This document shows, one piece after another, positions 28,443 through 38,310 of a stretch of DNA of 64,000 bases. A program made the position numbers and the translations under genes. How positions within the stretch are numbered: position 1 is the stretch's first letter; each line of letters begins with the position of its first letter. The stretch covers positions 320,001-384,000 of the forward strand of contig OZ219802.1 in NCBI GenBank assembly GCA_964291655.2. Direction: 5' to 3'. Below the pieces are notes generated by a model that made no database searches, had not been told where the DNA came from, and worked only from the letters and a program-made list of their open reading frames with translations. This stretch comes from Chloroflexota bacterium (GTDB taxonomy: Bacteria; Chloroflexota; UBA11872; VXOZ01).

Positions 28443-30116
28443 TCACGAGGTTGGAATGACGGGCAGTAAGATGTGGGAAGGATATACCCGGTCATGGTGG
28501 ACCGTCTGTCGCGCGACCTGCCAATTGTCCTCCAGAGCATTGTTCTCGGCGCCGGTATTTAGGTTGCGGTCGAAGCGCGGAAAGTTACTTGATGAGATTT
28601 CCACGCGGATGCGATGACCGGCATGAAAGACGTTGCCAATGACCCAAAGATCGATCTCGTATTCGTAAACCTTCCCAGGCTGAAGGAGAGACGAGGTTTC
28701 CCGACCCTCACGGAACCGTGCGCGCACGATGCCGTCGCAGAGGCTCAGGGCACGGCCATCCGGGTGCACATCTACCAACTTAGCCGTCCAGTCGGTGTCC
28801 GGCTGGTCGGTGACGGCATAGAGCGTCACCTTTATCGGTCCCGTTACCTCAAGTTCGCTCTGCAGCGGCTCACTTGTGTAGCACAACACGTCCTGGCGCA
28901 TCTCGATATTCTGCTGGTCGTAGGGCCCCCACGGCACAATGTGCGGCGAGCAGCAGTTGTTTCCGCCCAGTGTCGGTACCGGCGCGATGGGGTCATAGGT
29001 GAAGCCATCGGAGGGTTCATCTGCAGGCAGTTCTATGGAAAGTCCGCCGTCGCCGTTAAGCGTATTCGCAGCGCCCCGGGAATGGAAGTACCAAGGCTGC
29101 CAGTCGGTGCGGGCAAGCGGCCACTCATGCTCGTTGCGCCACTCATTGCGCCCCATTATGAAGAGCCGTAGCGGCGGTTCATCGAGGATTCCGTTTTGTT
29201 CTCCCTTTAACCAATAGTCGAACCAGCGCAGTTCCTCACCATCCAAATCGACCATCGAATCCGCGCCAAAGTCTACTTGGCCCGTGACCCGTGAAAGGGA
29301 AAGCGCATGCGGCCAGGGGCCCATGATAAGTTGGCTCTGCCGCGCCTCCGCGGAGCCCCCATGCAGCCGCAGCTCATTCCAATTGTCAAACGTGGCCTTG
29401 GAGTAAAGATCAAACCAGCCGCCCATGTTGTATGCGGGAGCGCTTATGTCCTGCCACTTTCCGCTGTTGCCGGATTGCTCCCAATACTCGTCGTAGTGAG
29501 GATGGCGAACCCAGTCCTTCCAAAAGTCTAGGTCGCGCCCGATCGCGCTGGGGATCTTATCCACCGGTAACGTACGAAACGCGCGGCCCCAGTCTTCATA
29601 CTCGATGTTCTGGGCAGTGCGACCGTGCGTACGCGAGCCCCATGTCGCCAGCACGCCGATTTGGAGAGCGCCCTGGGTATATCCGGGCGAGTCGTAGAAG
29701 TCGCACGGGGCGACACGCGGCACGATACTGGTCAGATGCGGGCTGCCACGCCACGCGGCCGTCCACTGCGTTATGCCCAAGTAAGACCCACCTGCCATAC
29801 CAATCTTGCCGGTGCTCCATGGCTGCTCCGCAATCCACTCCACCGTGTCGTGTCCGTCATCGGCTTCATTCACCACTGGATAGTAGGCGCCGTCAGAGTC
29901 CCACCTGCCCCGCACGTCCTGAATGACAGCGGCGTAGCCCCTGGCCGCGAGGTATCGACCCTTTTCGATCAAGAGGTCGGTGTTGTTGCCGTACGGCGTG
30001 CGTACGAGAACGGTGGGCGCAGGCCCTGTACGTGCAGGCAGGAACACATCTGCGGACAAAGCCACGCCATCCCGCATCGGCACTTTGGCATCAACCAGGG
30101 TCCGAACAATTGACAC
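28443..30116 (-). CDS. CocE/NonD family alpha/beta hydrolase
   Basis: MRDGVAL, RTPY, DVRGR, GGSYLG nucleophile, GGWFD, GPWPH, SSSNFPRFDRN. Confidence 0.95.
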   Translation of the reverse strand: MSIVRTLVDAKVPMRDGVALSADVFLPARTGPAPTVLVRTPYGNNTDLLIEKGRYLAARGYAAVIQDVRGRWDSDGAYYPVVNEADDGHDTVEWIAEQPWSTGKIGMAGGSYLGITQWTAAWRGSPHLTSIVPRVAPCDFYDSPGYTQGALQIGVLATWGSRTHGRTAQNIEYEDWGRAFRTLPVDKIPSAIGRDLDFWKDWVRHPHYDEYWEQSGNSGKWQDISAPAYNMGGWFDLYSKATFDNWNELRLHGGSAEARQSQLIMGPWPHALSLSRVTGQVDFGADSMVDLDGEELRWFDYWLKGEQNGILDEPPLRLFIMGRNEWRNEHEWPLARTDWQPWYFHSRGAANTLNGDGGLSIELPADEPSDGFTYDPIAPVPTLGGNNCCSPHIVPWGPYDQQNIEMRQDVLCYTSEPLQSELEVTGPIKVTLYAVTDQPDTDWTAKLVDVHPDGRALSLCDGIVRARFREGRETSSLLQPGKVYEYEIDLWVIGNVFHAGHRIRVEISSSNFPRFDRNLNTGAENNALEDNWQVARQTVHHDRVYPSHILLPVIPTS

Positions 30117-30357
30117 AATGCGTACCTCCTAATGCTTTCATTGACTAATTCGCAATCTGGGCCGGCAATGCATGGAATTCATACGTGAGGCAGTGTAGCA
30201 CAGGTCGGCCCTATTTCGGCTGTACCCACGCGCCGCTGGAGAGGCGATTGCGACCGCCGAGCAAGTTGGGTCTTGCTACCCTGCATGGTATGATGGTGAA
30301 ACGGAAATCACCAAATCAAATCGCCTTAGATCCCCATTTTCGCTCTAAAGTACAGTC

Positions 30358-31905
30358 GTGGCAACGTATTACCTTACAACTCCGATTTACTACCCTAATG
30401 CCAAGCCCCATATTGGCACGGCATTTTGTACTATCGGCTGTGACGTACAGGCACGCTATCGCCGCTTGAAGGGCTTCGATACGTTCTTTCTCACGGGTCT
30501 CGATGAGAACAGCCTCAATGTGGAGCGCCAGGCCAGAAGCCAGGGCAAGGACCCGCAGGACTATTGCGACGAAATGGCGGAGTTCTTCCGCGATCTTTGG
30601 GACAAGCTAAACATCTCCAATGACGGCTTCATCCGCACGACTGAAGAGCACCACAAGCACGCGGCACGACTCTTATTGCAGAAGTGCTACGACGCCGGCG
30701 ACATCTACAAAGGGACCTATGCCGGGTGGTACTGCCTCCCTTGCGAGGCCTTCTACGCCGATGACGACTTGGTAGACGGCAAGTGCCCGGTGCACGATGC
30801 AGAGCCGGAGTGGACGGAAGAAGACAACTACTTCTTTGCCCTCTCCAAGTACCAGGACCGGTTGCTGGCATTCTATGACGAGCATCCGGAGTCGGTTTTG
30901 CCAGACTTTCGGCGCAATGAAGTCGTGAATATGGTGCGCGGCGAACTGCGGGACTTCAGCATTTCCCGCGCCAACAAGACGTGGGGAATTCCCGTACCCT
31001 TCGACGAAGAGCAGGTCATCTACGTTTGGTTCGATGCGCTCACAAACTACATCACCGGCGTTGGCTATGGGCAAGATGACGAATTGTTTGCCCGCTACTG
31101 GCCGGCGGATGTGCACGTCATCGGCAAAGACATCATTCGCTTTCACTGCGTCTACTGGCCGGCGATGCTGATGTCTGCCGGGGTGCAATTGCCGAAGACG
31201 GTTTGGGCGCACGGCTGGATCATGTTCCGGGGCCTGAAGATGAGCAAGTCCCGCGGCACAGGCGTAGACCCCTTCGAGATGGTGGACGAGTTTGGAGCCG
31301 ATGCGGTGCGCTACTACTTGGTGCGGGAAATCCCCTTCGACCAGGACGGCGTATTCTCGTGGGAGAGTTTCTATAACCGATACAACGCCGACTTAGCGAA
31401 CGATCTTGGCAACCTTGTGCAACGCACCACATCTATGGTTTCGCGTTACTTTGACGGGGTGCTGCCGGCCCCCGGTGACGCAACCTCCCTCGACGAATCC
31501 TTAAGGGAAGTGGCGCAGCAAGCGGTTGAAGGTGCGGAGCGCGGACTTGAGTCATGGGACCTCGACGCTGCATTAGATAGTGTCTGGACGCTTGTTACTC
31601 GTGCGAACCAATACATTGAGGAAAACGCGCCCTGGGTACTTGCCAAAGACGCCGACCAGCGGGAACGTCTTGGATCCGTGCTCTACAACGTGACCGAAGC
31701 CGTGCGCATCCTGGCCGTTTTGCTCGGACCGTATGTCCCGCAGACGGCGGATACCATACTGGAGCGCCTTGGCGAACCTCCGCTTGACGCCGGTGCCTGG
31801 GAGCGCGGCCTTGGGTGGGGGGGCTTAACCTCAGACCGAAACATATCTACCGGCAAGCCGCTCTTTCCCCGCTTAGAAGTACCCGAGTTCTCGGAAAGCA
31901 CGTAG
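30358..31905 (+). CDS. metG: Methionine--tRNA ligase (short form, no C-terminal OB domain)
   Basis: TTPIYYPN..HIGT, CxxC..CPxH zinc knuckle, YVWFDAL, GKDIIRFH, KMSKS. Confidence 0.97.
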   Translation: MATYYLTTPIYYPNAKPHIGTAFCTIGCDVQARYRRLKGFDTFFLTGLDENSLNVERQARSQGKDPQDYCDEMAEFFRDLWDKLNISNDGFIRTTEEHHKHAARLLLQKCYDAGDIYKGTYAGWYCLPCEAFYADDDLVDGKCPVHDAEPEWTEEDNYFFALSKYQDRLLAFYDEHPESVLPDFRRNEVVNMVRGELRDFSISRANKTWGIPVPFDEEQVIYVWFDALTNYITGVGYGQDDELFARYWPADVHVIGKDIIRFHCVYWPAMLMSAGVQLPKTVWAHGWIMFRGLKMSKSRGTGVDPFEMVDEFGADAVRYYLVREIPFDQDGVFSWESFYNRYNADLANDLGNLVQRTTSMVSRYFDGVLPAPGDATSLDESLREVAQQAVEGAERGLESWDLDAALDSVWTLVTRANQYIEENAPWVLAKDADQRERLGSVLYNVTEAVRILAVLLGPYVPQTADTILERLGEPPLDAGAWERGLGWGGLTSDRNISTGKPLFPRLEVPEFSEST

Positions 31906-31926
31906 CAGGCTGCTGCTGGTTCGCGC

Positions 31927-32706
31927 ATGACGGATACCCACGCCCATATCAACTCGCCTCGCTTTGCTGAGGACCTATCCGCAGTTGTCGACCGTGCAAT
32001 CGCAGCCAATCTCACTGCCATAATCGTCGTCGGGGTGGACATTTCCTCGAGCCATGCGGCCGTAGCCATTGCCGAGCGCTATCCAAATTGCTGGGCGACG
32101 GTTGGCGTGCACCCACACGAAGCAGATTCCTGTACTCCGGCTACCTGGCGCGACTTGGAAGCGCTTGCGCAGGCGCCAAAGGTGGTGGCTATCGGTGAGA
32201 CCGGCCTTGATTACTATCGCAATTACGCCTCCAAGCGTGCTCAGCAGGACGCCTTTACCAGACAACTCGCACTCGCGTCGCAGTCCCAATTACCCATAGT
32301 GGTTCACATGCGGGATGCCTACGCTGACGTGCACCGTATGCTCACGCAAGCTTCGCCCATGCAGCAAGCGGTGATGCATTGCTTCTCCGGTGATAGCGTG
32401 CAAGCGACGGCACTCCTTGATCTCGGGTGCATGATATCCCTTGCGGGTCCGGTGACGTTTCGCTCTGCGGCAAAGTTGCATCAAGTTGCAAAGATGGTAC
32501 CATCGGATAGGCTATTGATCGAGACCGATTGCCCCTACCTTGCGCCAGGGCCGTACCGAGGCAAGCGGAATGAGCCAGCTTACGTACGTTGTACATTGGA
32601 ATCTATTGCCCGGAGGCGCGGCATCGCGCCAGAAGACCTGGAAGAAATAACTGATTGGAATGCCCAGACGTTCTTCAAACTCCCCACCCACGACGCAACC
32701 AAATGA
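31927..32706 (+). CDS. tatD: TatD family nuclease
   Basis: DTHAH, GVHPH, IGETGLDYY, HCFSG, ETDCPYL. Confidence 0.96.
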   Translation: MTDTHAHINSPRFAEDLSAVVDRAIAANLTAIIVVGVDISSSHAAVAIAERYPNCWATVGVHPHEADSCTPATWRDLEALAQAPKVVAIGETGLDYYRNYASKRAQQDAFTRQLALASQSQLPIVVHMRDAYADVHRMLTQASPMQQAVMHCFSGDSVQATALLDLGCMISLAGPVTFRSAAKLHQVAKMVPSDRLLIETDCPYLAPGPYRGKRNEPAYVRCTLESIARRRGIAPEDLEEITDWNAQTFFKLPTHDATK

Positions 32707-33685
32707 GGAACAGGCCTCAATTGGTCGAATAAGTGCGCCTGTGGCGGACGAACTGGCTCAAGTTGAGGAGTTTCTCGCGTCCGTGTGGGAAGAGACGCCA
32801 AACCCAGCGCTCTCGCGCCTGGTGCGCCACATCCTCGCGGCCGGGGGCAAGAAGCTCCGACCGCTGCTCACGCTGCTGTGCGCGTCAGTACATTCACCCG
32901 TGGACTCCCGTGCTGTGAAAGTGGCCGCTGCTATTGAGATTCTGCACGCGGCAACGCTCATCCACGATGACGTTATCGACCACGCGTATGTACGACGAGG
33001 CCTACCTACGGCCAATTCAATGTGGTCCAACAACCTTGCCGTGCTCTCTGGCGACTACCTCTTTGCCAAGTGTTCCCACGTCGTGGCACAGTTGGGCGAT
33101 CCGGCATTGGTGCGCATTCTGGCACGTACCGTAATGCGCATGGTGGAGAGTGAAACGACACAATTCTCGGACATTGCGTACGTTGAGCGGCTGGAAGACG
33201 AATATTACCGGAAAGTGCAAGGCAAGACGGCGTCTCTGCTCGAGCTGTGTTGCGACGGCGGGGGCCTGGTTGGAGGTGCTTCTGAGGAAGAACAGCGCGC
33301 TCTTCGCACGTACGGTGAGAACCTGGGTATTGCGTTTCAAATCGTCGACGACATTCTCGACATTGCAGGCACCGAGGCGGAGCTGGGAAAGCCCGTCGGC
33401 GGGGACCTGCGTGAAGGAACTATAACGCTCCCCATCGTTTTCTTCTTGCGAAGCAACCCAAAGCATGCCGCCTTGACTACTTTGCTGAAACAAGAGGCCG
33501 ACAATGACACGCTTGTGTGGGAAGCAGTTGAAGCAATACGCACGTCCGGCGCGATAGACTTGGCGTATACCAAGGCAAGGCAGTTTGGCCAACATGCGCG
33601 CTCCGCGCTCATTGACTTGCCGTCCGGCGTTAGTCGCGATTCTCTCGACATGCTCATTGACTACGTGGTAGAACGACGACAGTGA
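32660..33685 (+). CDS. Trans-polyprenyl diphosphate synthase (HepT/IspB-like); true start uncertain
   Basis: GGKKLRP, HDDVID..RRG, GDYL, KTASL, FQIVDDILD, GKPVGGDL. Confidence 0.94.
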   Translation: MPRRSSNSPPTTQPNEEQASIGRISAPVADELAQVEEFLASVWEETPNPALSRLVRHILAAGGKKLRPLLTLLCASVHSPVDSRAVKVAAAIEILHAATLIHDDVIDHAYVRRGLPTANSMWSNNLAVLSGDYLFAKCSHVVAQLGDPALVRILARTVMRMVESETTQFSDIAYVERLEDEYYRKVQGKTASLLELCCDGGGLVGGASEEEQRALRTYGENLGIAFQIVDDILDIAGTEAELGKPVGGDLREGTITLPIVFFLRSNPKHAALTTLLKQEADNDTLVWEAVEAIRTSGAIDLAYTKARQFGQHARSALIDLPSGVSRDSLDMLIDYVVERRQ

Positions 33686-33716
33686 ACCAACAACGCCCAG
33701 AGTGAAAGGGTTTCAC

Positions 33717-35186
33717 ATGGCGCGCGTGCTGATCGCGGAACTCCAGCAAGAGACGGCGACCTTCAATCCGCATCTTACCCAATATGAGGACTTTCGCGTC
33801 GTGCGCGGCGCCGCAATCCTGGAAGAACTACAGGGCACGAATACCGAGATTGCAGGTGCGCTCGATGTCTTTGCCGAACACGGCGACGTCGAATTAGTCC
33901 CAACTATGGCGGCCTGGGCCGTGCCCCATGGGCCGGTCGCCGATGCCGTACTCGATCGGCTGATTCAGGAGATCATCAACGAAGTAAAGCAGAATAGCGA
34001 TGTAGACGCCGTGTTCCTCGTGCTGCACGGCGCCATGGCCGGCGAGACTGAGTTCGATCCGGAAGGCAGGCTGTTGGAAGAGGTGCGGGCGTGCGTGGGA
34101 GCCATCCCTATTGTCGCTTCTCTGGACTTCCATGCAGTCATCACCGATCGCATGCTCCGAACGGCCGACATTATGGTTGGCTACCATACTTACCCGCATA
34201 CGGATTTTTACGAGACGGGAGTGCGGGCGGCACGAAACCTCATGCGCCTGTTGAAAGAGAACGCCGTCCCGACCACCGCCCGAGTGAAGATCCCGCTGAT
34301 GGCCCGGGGCGATGAACTGCTTACGGATTCCGGCCGCTTTGGCGATGCCATTCGCATGTGCCAGGCGCTCGAAGACTCACCGGGGGGACTAGTGGGCAAC
34401 ATTTACCTTTCCAATCCCTTCACCGACGTGCCCGATCTTCAGTCTTACGCCATAGTGTCAACGGACAACGATGTGGCGCGGGCCAAAGCGGAAGCCGAAC
34501 GAATTGCCGCATTTATGTGGGAGAATCGAGAATTGTGGACGGCTGAACTGACGCCGCTTCCCGAAGCGGTTGCCCAAGCACAGGAAACTCCCGGCCTCAC
34601 CGTATTTTCCGATGCCGCCGACGCTACGTCCTCCGGCGCGCCGGGTGACAGCAATGCCGTGCTGAAAGAATTGCTGGCACAAAAATACGATAGACGGGCG
34701 CTCATACCGCTGATTGACGCTCCTGCCGTGGCCGCCGCATTCCAAGCCGGGATCGGGAGCACCGTTACCCTTCAATTGGGTGGAACCATGGATCCCGGAC
34801 GCCACACACCGTTTTCGGTTTCAGTTTATGTAAAGAGCTTGCATGACGGTGAGTTCGCCTATGAAAACGGTGTAGTCGAGCAAGCCGGCCGCACGGCGGT
34901 GCTCGCTATTGGTAACATCGTCGTGCTCACCACGGAACGTCTGATCTTATTTGTAGGCCGCAGGGTCTTTCAAGCATTCGGCCTGGAACCGCAAGACTTC
35001 TCACTGATCGTTGCAAAGTCCCCCAATGGGTTCCGCACATGGTATGAATCGATTGCATCCCGTATTGTCCACCTGGACACACCCGGTTCCGCGAGCCTCA
35101 ATCTCGAGTCGCTGCCCTACGAACACTGCGTGCGCCCCATCTATCCATTGGATGAGAACGTGGTCGCCACCTTGCGCGCCGGCTAG
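33717..35186 (+). CDS. MlrC / M81 family metallopeptidase
   Basis: QETATF, LHGAM, DPEG, LDFHA, TYPHTD, DAADATSSGAPGD. Confidence 0.9.
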   Translation: MARVLIAELQQETATFNPHLTQYEDFRVVRGAAILEELQGTNTEIAGALDVFAEHGDVELVPTMAAWAVPHGPVADAVLDRLIQEIINEVKQNSDVDAVFLVLHGAMAGETEFDPEGRLLEEVRACVGAIPIVASLDFHAVITDRMLRTADIMVGYHTYPHTDFYETGVRAARNLMRLLKENAVPTTARVKIPLMARGDELLTDSGRFGDAIRMCQALEDSPGGLVGNIYLSNPFTDVPDLQSYAIVSTDNDVARAKAEAERIAAFMWENRELWTAELTPLPEAVAQAQETPGLTVFSDAADATSSGAPGDSNAVLKELLAQKYDRRALIPLIDAPAVAAAFQAGIGSTVTLQLGGTMDPGRHTPFSVSVYVKSLHDGEFAYENGVVEQAGRTAVLAIGNIVVLTTERLILFVGRRVFQAFGLEPQDFSLIVAKSPNGFRTWYESIASRIVHLDTPGSASLNLESLPYEHCVRPIYPLDENVVATLRAG

Positions 35187-35252
35187 CTCGCCGGAGGGCG
35201 GTCCTGCATCTCTTGCGGGGCCCAATTTGCGCACAATGCACGTTAAGGAACT

Positions 35253-35972
35253 ATGGATTCACAACAAGAAAAACCGAAGTACGTGCGGCGCATGTTCGAC
35301 GCCATTGCGCCCACGTATGACTTCATGAACACGGTCATGACCGCGGGCGCGCATCATCTCTGGAGACGTACCACGGCACGCCAAATCGTCGCGGATGACC
35401 CTCGGATTGTCTTGGACCTAGCATGCGGCACCGGCGACCTAAGCTTCGCAGTGATGCAGGAAGCCATGGCGCCCTGTACGATTCTGGGCGCTGACTTTTC
35501 TCCGCCAATGCTGTCGCTGGCACAAGAAAAGCACGAGCAACTTACTGAACATCGCTTCCCAATAGCATTCATGCGGGCGGACGTGCTTGCCTTGCCGTTG
35601 CCTGACTCCAGCGTTGACGTTGTTACCAATGCGTTCTTGCTGCGCAACCTCGTAAACCTTGGCGAGTTCTTCGCCGAGTGCCACCGCGTGCTGCGTCCGG
35701 GCGGTCGATTCATCACACTGGAAATCACCCATCCACCATACCCTGGGTTTCGCGGCGCCTTTGAATTGTACTTCAACAATGTCGTTCCGCTGCTGGGAAA
35801 ATTGCTAGTGCGTCACCAAGAGGCGTACACCTATTTGCCTACGTCGCTACAGGCATTCCCCGATGCGCCGACTTTGGCCGCAGCAATGCGAGAGTCCGGG
35901 TTTGCTGAGGTCTCTTATCGCTACCTTGGGCTGGGCACAGTAGCAGTACACATTGCAAATAAGGTACCCTAA
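35253..35972 (+). CDS. menG: Demethylmenaquinone methyltransferase (UbiE/MenG)
   Basis: MFDAIAPTYDFMN, LDLACGTGD, LRN, RVLRPGG, YTYLP. Confidence 0.92.
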   Translation: MDSQQEKPKYVRRMFDAIAPTYDFMNTVMTAGAHHLWRRTTARQIVADDPRIVLDLACGTGDLSFAVMQEAMAPCTILGADFSPPMLSLAQEKHEQLTEHRFPIAFMRADVLALPLPDSSVDVVTNAFLLRNLVNLGEFFAECHRVLRPGGRFITLEITHPPYPGFRGAFELYFNNVVPLLGKLLVRHQEAYTYLPTSLQAFPDAPTLAAAMRESGFAEVSYRYLGLGTVAVHIANKVP

Positions 35973-36024
35973 GAGCAACGGTAGCGGAGTGATCGCCCCC
36001 CCGTCCACAAGGAGAAGCCCTCAA

Positions 36025-37197
36025 ATGAAACAACGTCTTGGTCTTGCGTTCATGCTCGCGTTCATGCTTACGCTTCTCGGTGTATCTACCGCCTCCGCGG
36101 CTGACTTTCGCACCGACACCACAGTCACGATAGGTGCAGGCGAAGTCATCGAAGACGATCTCTACCTGTTGGGCACGACAATCATAATCAACGGCACGGT
36201 GAACGGTGATGTCCTCGCCGCTGGGAACACAATTGAAATAAACGGCACCGTGAATGGAAACGTGCATCTTGCCGGTCAGGACGTCACAATCAGCGGCACG
36301 GTCTCGCAAGGCGCGCGGGTGGTCGCCAACAGCTTCTTCTTGATGTCGGGTTCGGTGGATGAAGATCTCTTGATCATAGGCAATTCAATTGCCATCAGCA
36401 GTGACGGAGTAGTTGGCCGCGACTTGATATTGACAATATCCACATTGACACTTGACGGTACCGTGGAACGCCGCGTTGCCGGTGTTGCCGAGAAGGTCAC
36501 ACACAACGGGAGTGTTGGCGCAGAGGTTGACATCAGTGTAGAGGATTTAGTTATCACCGATGACGCAAGCATCGGCGGGGATCTCATCTATCGCTCCGAG
36601 AAAGCAGCTGAGATTGCTAGTGGCGCCGAAATTGGTGGCGAAATTGCAGGCGAGATGGTTGAAGAGGCGATCGACATCGATCTCGGCATTGCGTTTGACC
36701 CGATCATTATAGGAATCGTCGGCCTTATCACGAGCGCAATCTATGGAACTGTGCTGCTGCTCGCATTCCCCCGGCTAACGGTCACAGCGTCCAATCAACT
36801 CCTTCAGAGTCCGTTCATGAGTATCGCGATGGGAATTGTCTTCCTGATAGTCGTACCGATTGCTGCCATTCTCGTGATGATCACGGTCGTTGGCATTCCA
36901 CTCGGGCTGATTTCACTCCTTCTCAACGGCATCGCACTCTTTTCAGCACAGGTGTTCGTCAGCTTGACTATCGGCCGGTTAATCCTAAGCTTCTTTGCCG
37001 ACGGTAAGCGACGCCTCGTTCAATTCTTTGGGCTGCTAATCGGGTTGCTCATTCTCTTTGGTTTCTCGTTCATTCCTTACGCCGGGCCTTGGGTACCCCT
37101 TGTCGTGGTGATTCTTGGTTTTGGCGGATTGATGATGGCGATAGGTCGGCTGCGGCATGAGCCGGTTCGTGGCACATCGCAGCCTGCTGAGGGATAG
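36025..37197 (+). CDS. Exported beta-helix (polymer-forming/bactofilin-like) domain plus multi-TM C-terminal domain protein
   Basis: Signal peptide ending ASA; repeated (I/V)xGxVxGD/N units; about 5 C-terminal TM helices incl. TVVGIPLG. Confidence 0.8.
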   Translation: MKQRLGLAFMLAFMLTLLGVSTASAADFRTDTTVTIGAGEVIEDDLYLLGTTIIINGTVNGDVLAAGNTIEINGTVNGNVHLAGQDVTISGTVSQGARVVANSFFLMSGSVDEDLLIIGNSIAISSDGVVGRDLILTISTLTLDGTVERRVAGVAEKVTHNGSVGAEVDISVEDLVITDDASIGGDLIYRSEKAAEIASGAEIGGEIAGEMVEEAIDIDLGIAFDPIIIGIVGLITSAIYGTVLLLAFPRLTVTASNQLLQSPFMSIAMGIVFLIVVPIAAILVMITVVGIPLGLISLLLNGIALFSAQVFVSLTIGRLILSFFADGKRRLVQFFGLLIGLLILFGFSFIPYAGPWVPLVVVILGFGGLMMAIGRLRHEPVRGTSQPAEG

Positions 37198-37200
37198 TCA

Positions 37201-38271
37201 GTGCGGAATGGAGGAGTCGCCGCGTCTGTGACGAAGTCAGCAAATTCTACGGCGACTGTTCTGGATTTTGCAACTCCGTCAACGCAAAGCGAGTGGGACA
37301 CGCCGGTAAGTGCTTGGGATGGAGAGTTACTCCAAAGCTGGGCTTGGGGAGACTTTAAGTCACGCACAGGTTGGGAGACATCTCGTCTACTCTGCCTGCG
37401 TGATGGTCAACCCATCGCCGCCGCTCAATGGTTGCTGCGACGTGTGCCACTGTTGGGTGCGCTCGCTTATGTGCCGCGGGGGCCGGTGGGAGCGAGTTGT
37501 GATCGAGAAGCGTCACTCGCCCTGATCCGGCGAGTCGCGGAGGAAGCACGCCGCGCAGGTGCATTTGCGCTCTGGGTAGAGCCTCCCTGGGAGGCGGGCC
37601 AAGGTCCGGCGCTTCCCGCCGCATTCGTCGCCACACCAAACTACATTCAGCCGCCGGCAACCGGTCTCATAGACCTTCGTCCGCCGAGCGAGGATGTGCT
37701 CGCCGGCTTCCAAAGCAGTATGCGGCGCAACATCCGCTTGGCCGATCGTCGGGGTCTTGAAGTACGCCACGGGCGGACGGAAGCAGATTGGCGGGCTTTT
37801 TATGCGCTGCTCACCGAGACTGCGGCCCGCGACAACTTTGGCATTCACACCTGGCCGTACTTTGCAGAGATGCGCGCTACCCTCGAGACTACAGATGTTG
37901 CTGCGCTGTTTGTGGCCGAATACGGTGGCAAGCCTGTAGGGGGCCTCCTGCTCACTTCGTACAGCGGCACAGCCTCTTACCTCTTTGGCGCTAGCGCTAC
38001 ACAGGAACGGGACCTGCGCGTCGGGCACGGACTGCAGTGGCACGCTATGTGCTGGGCGAAGAATAATGGCTGCCACACCTACGACCTGTGGGGGATGCCG
38101 GCTACACCGAGCCCAACCGACCCCTTAGCAGGGGTCTACAGGTTCAAGCGAGGGTTTGCGCCAAGAGTTGTCAGCTACGCGCCCACAGTGGTGGCAGCGC
38201 TGGATTCCCGCCGCTTTTGGATCTGGCGGCAACTGGCACCACTGGCACGCAGACTCTTGCCCGGATTCTGA
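37201..38271 (+). CDS. FemABX-family aminoacyl-tRNA-dependent peptidyltransferase 1
   Basis: LLQSWAWG, YVPRGP, RRNIRLA, YLFGAS, YDLWG, GVYRFKRGF. Confidence 0.9.
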   Translation: MRNGGVAASVTKSANSTATVLDFATPSTQSEWDTPVSAWDGELLQSWAWGDFKSRTGWETSRLLCLRDGQPIAAAQWLLRRVPLLGALAYVPRGPVGASCDREASLALIRRVAEEARRAGAFALWVEPPWEAGQGPALPAAFVATPNYIQPPATGLIDLRPPSEDVLAGFQSSMRRNIRLADRRGLEVRHGRTEADWRAFYALLTETAARDNFGIHTWPYFAEMRATLETTDVAALFVAEYGGKPVGGLLLTSYSGTASYLFGASATQERDLRVGHGLQWHAMCWAKNNGCHTYDLWGMPATPSPTDPLAGVYRFKRGFAPRVVSYAPTVVAALDSRRFWIWRQLAPLARRLLPGF

Positions 38272-38310
38272 AATCATCTCGTACACAATTCCTTTGGCGG
38301 GTGGGGTGCA

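Noticed and set aside
30117-30357. T-box or SAM riboswitch before metG
   Set aside because: No GGTGGNACC T-box or SAM-I core; a likely promoter (TTGGGT-17-TATGAT) leaves only a short leader
36046-36068. Tandem GCGTTCATGCT repeat in a signal peptide (and GCGCGGCGCATC repeat in rsmH) as phase-variation sites
   Set aside because: Only two in-frame 12-nt units; consistent with local duplication or protein-level repeats
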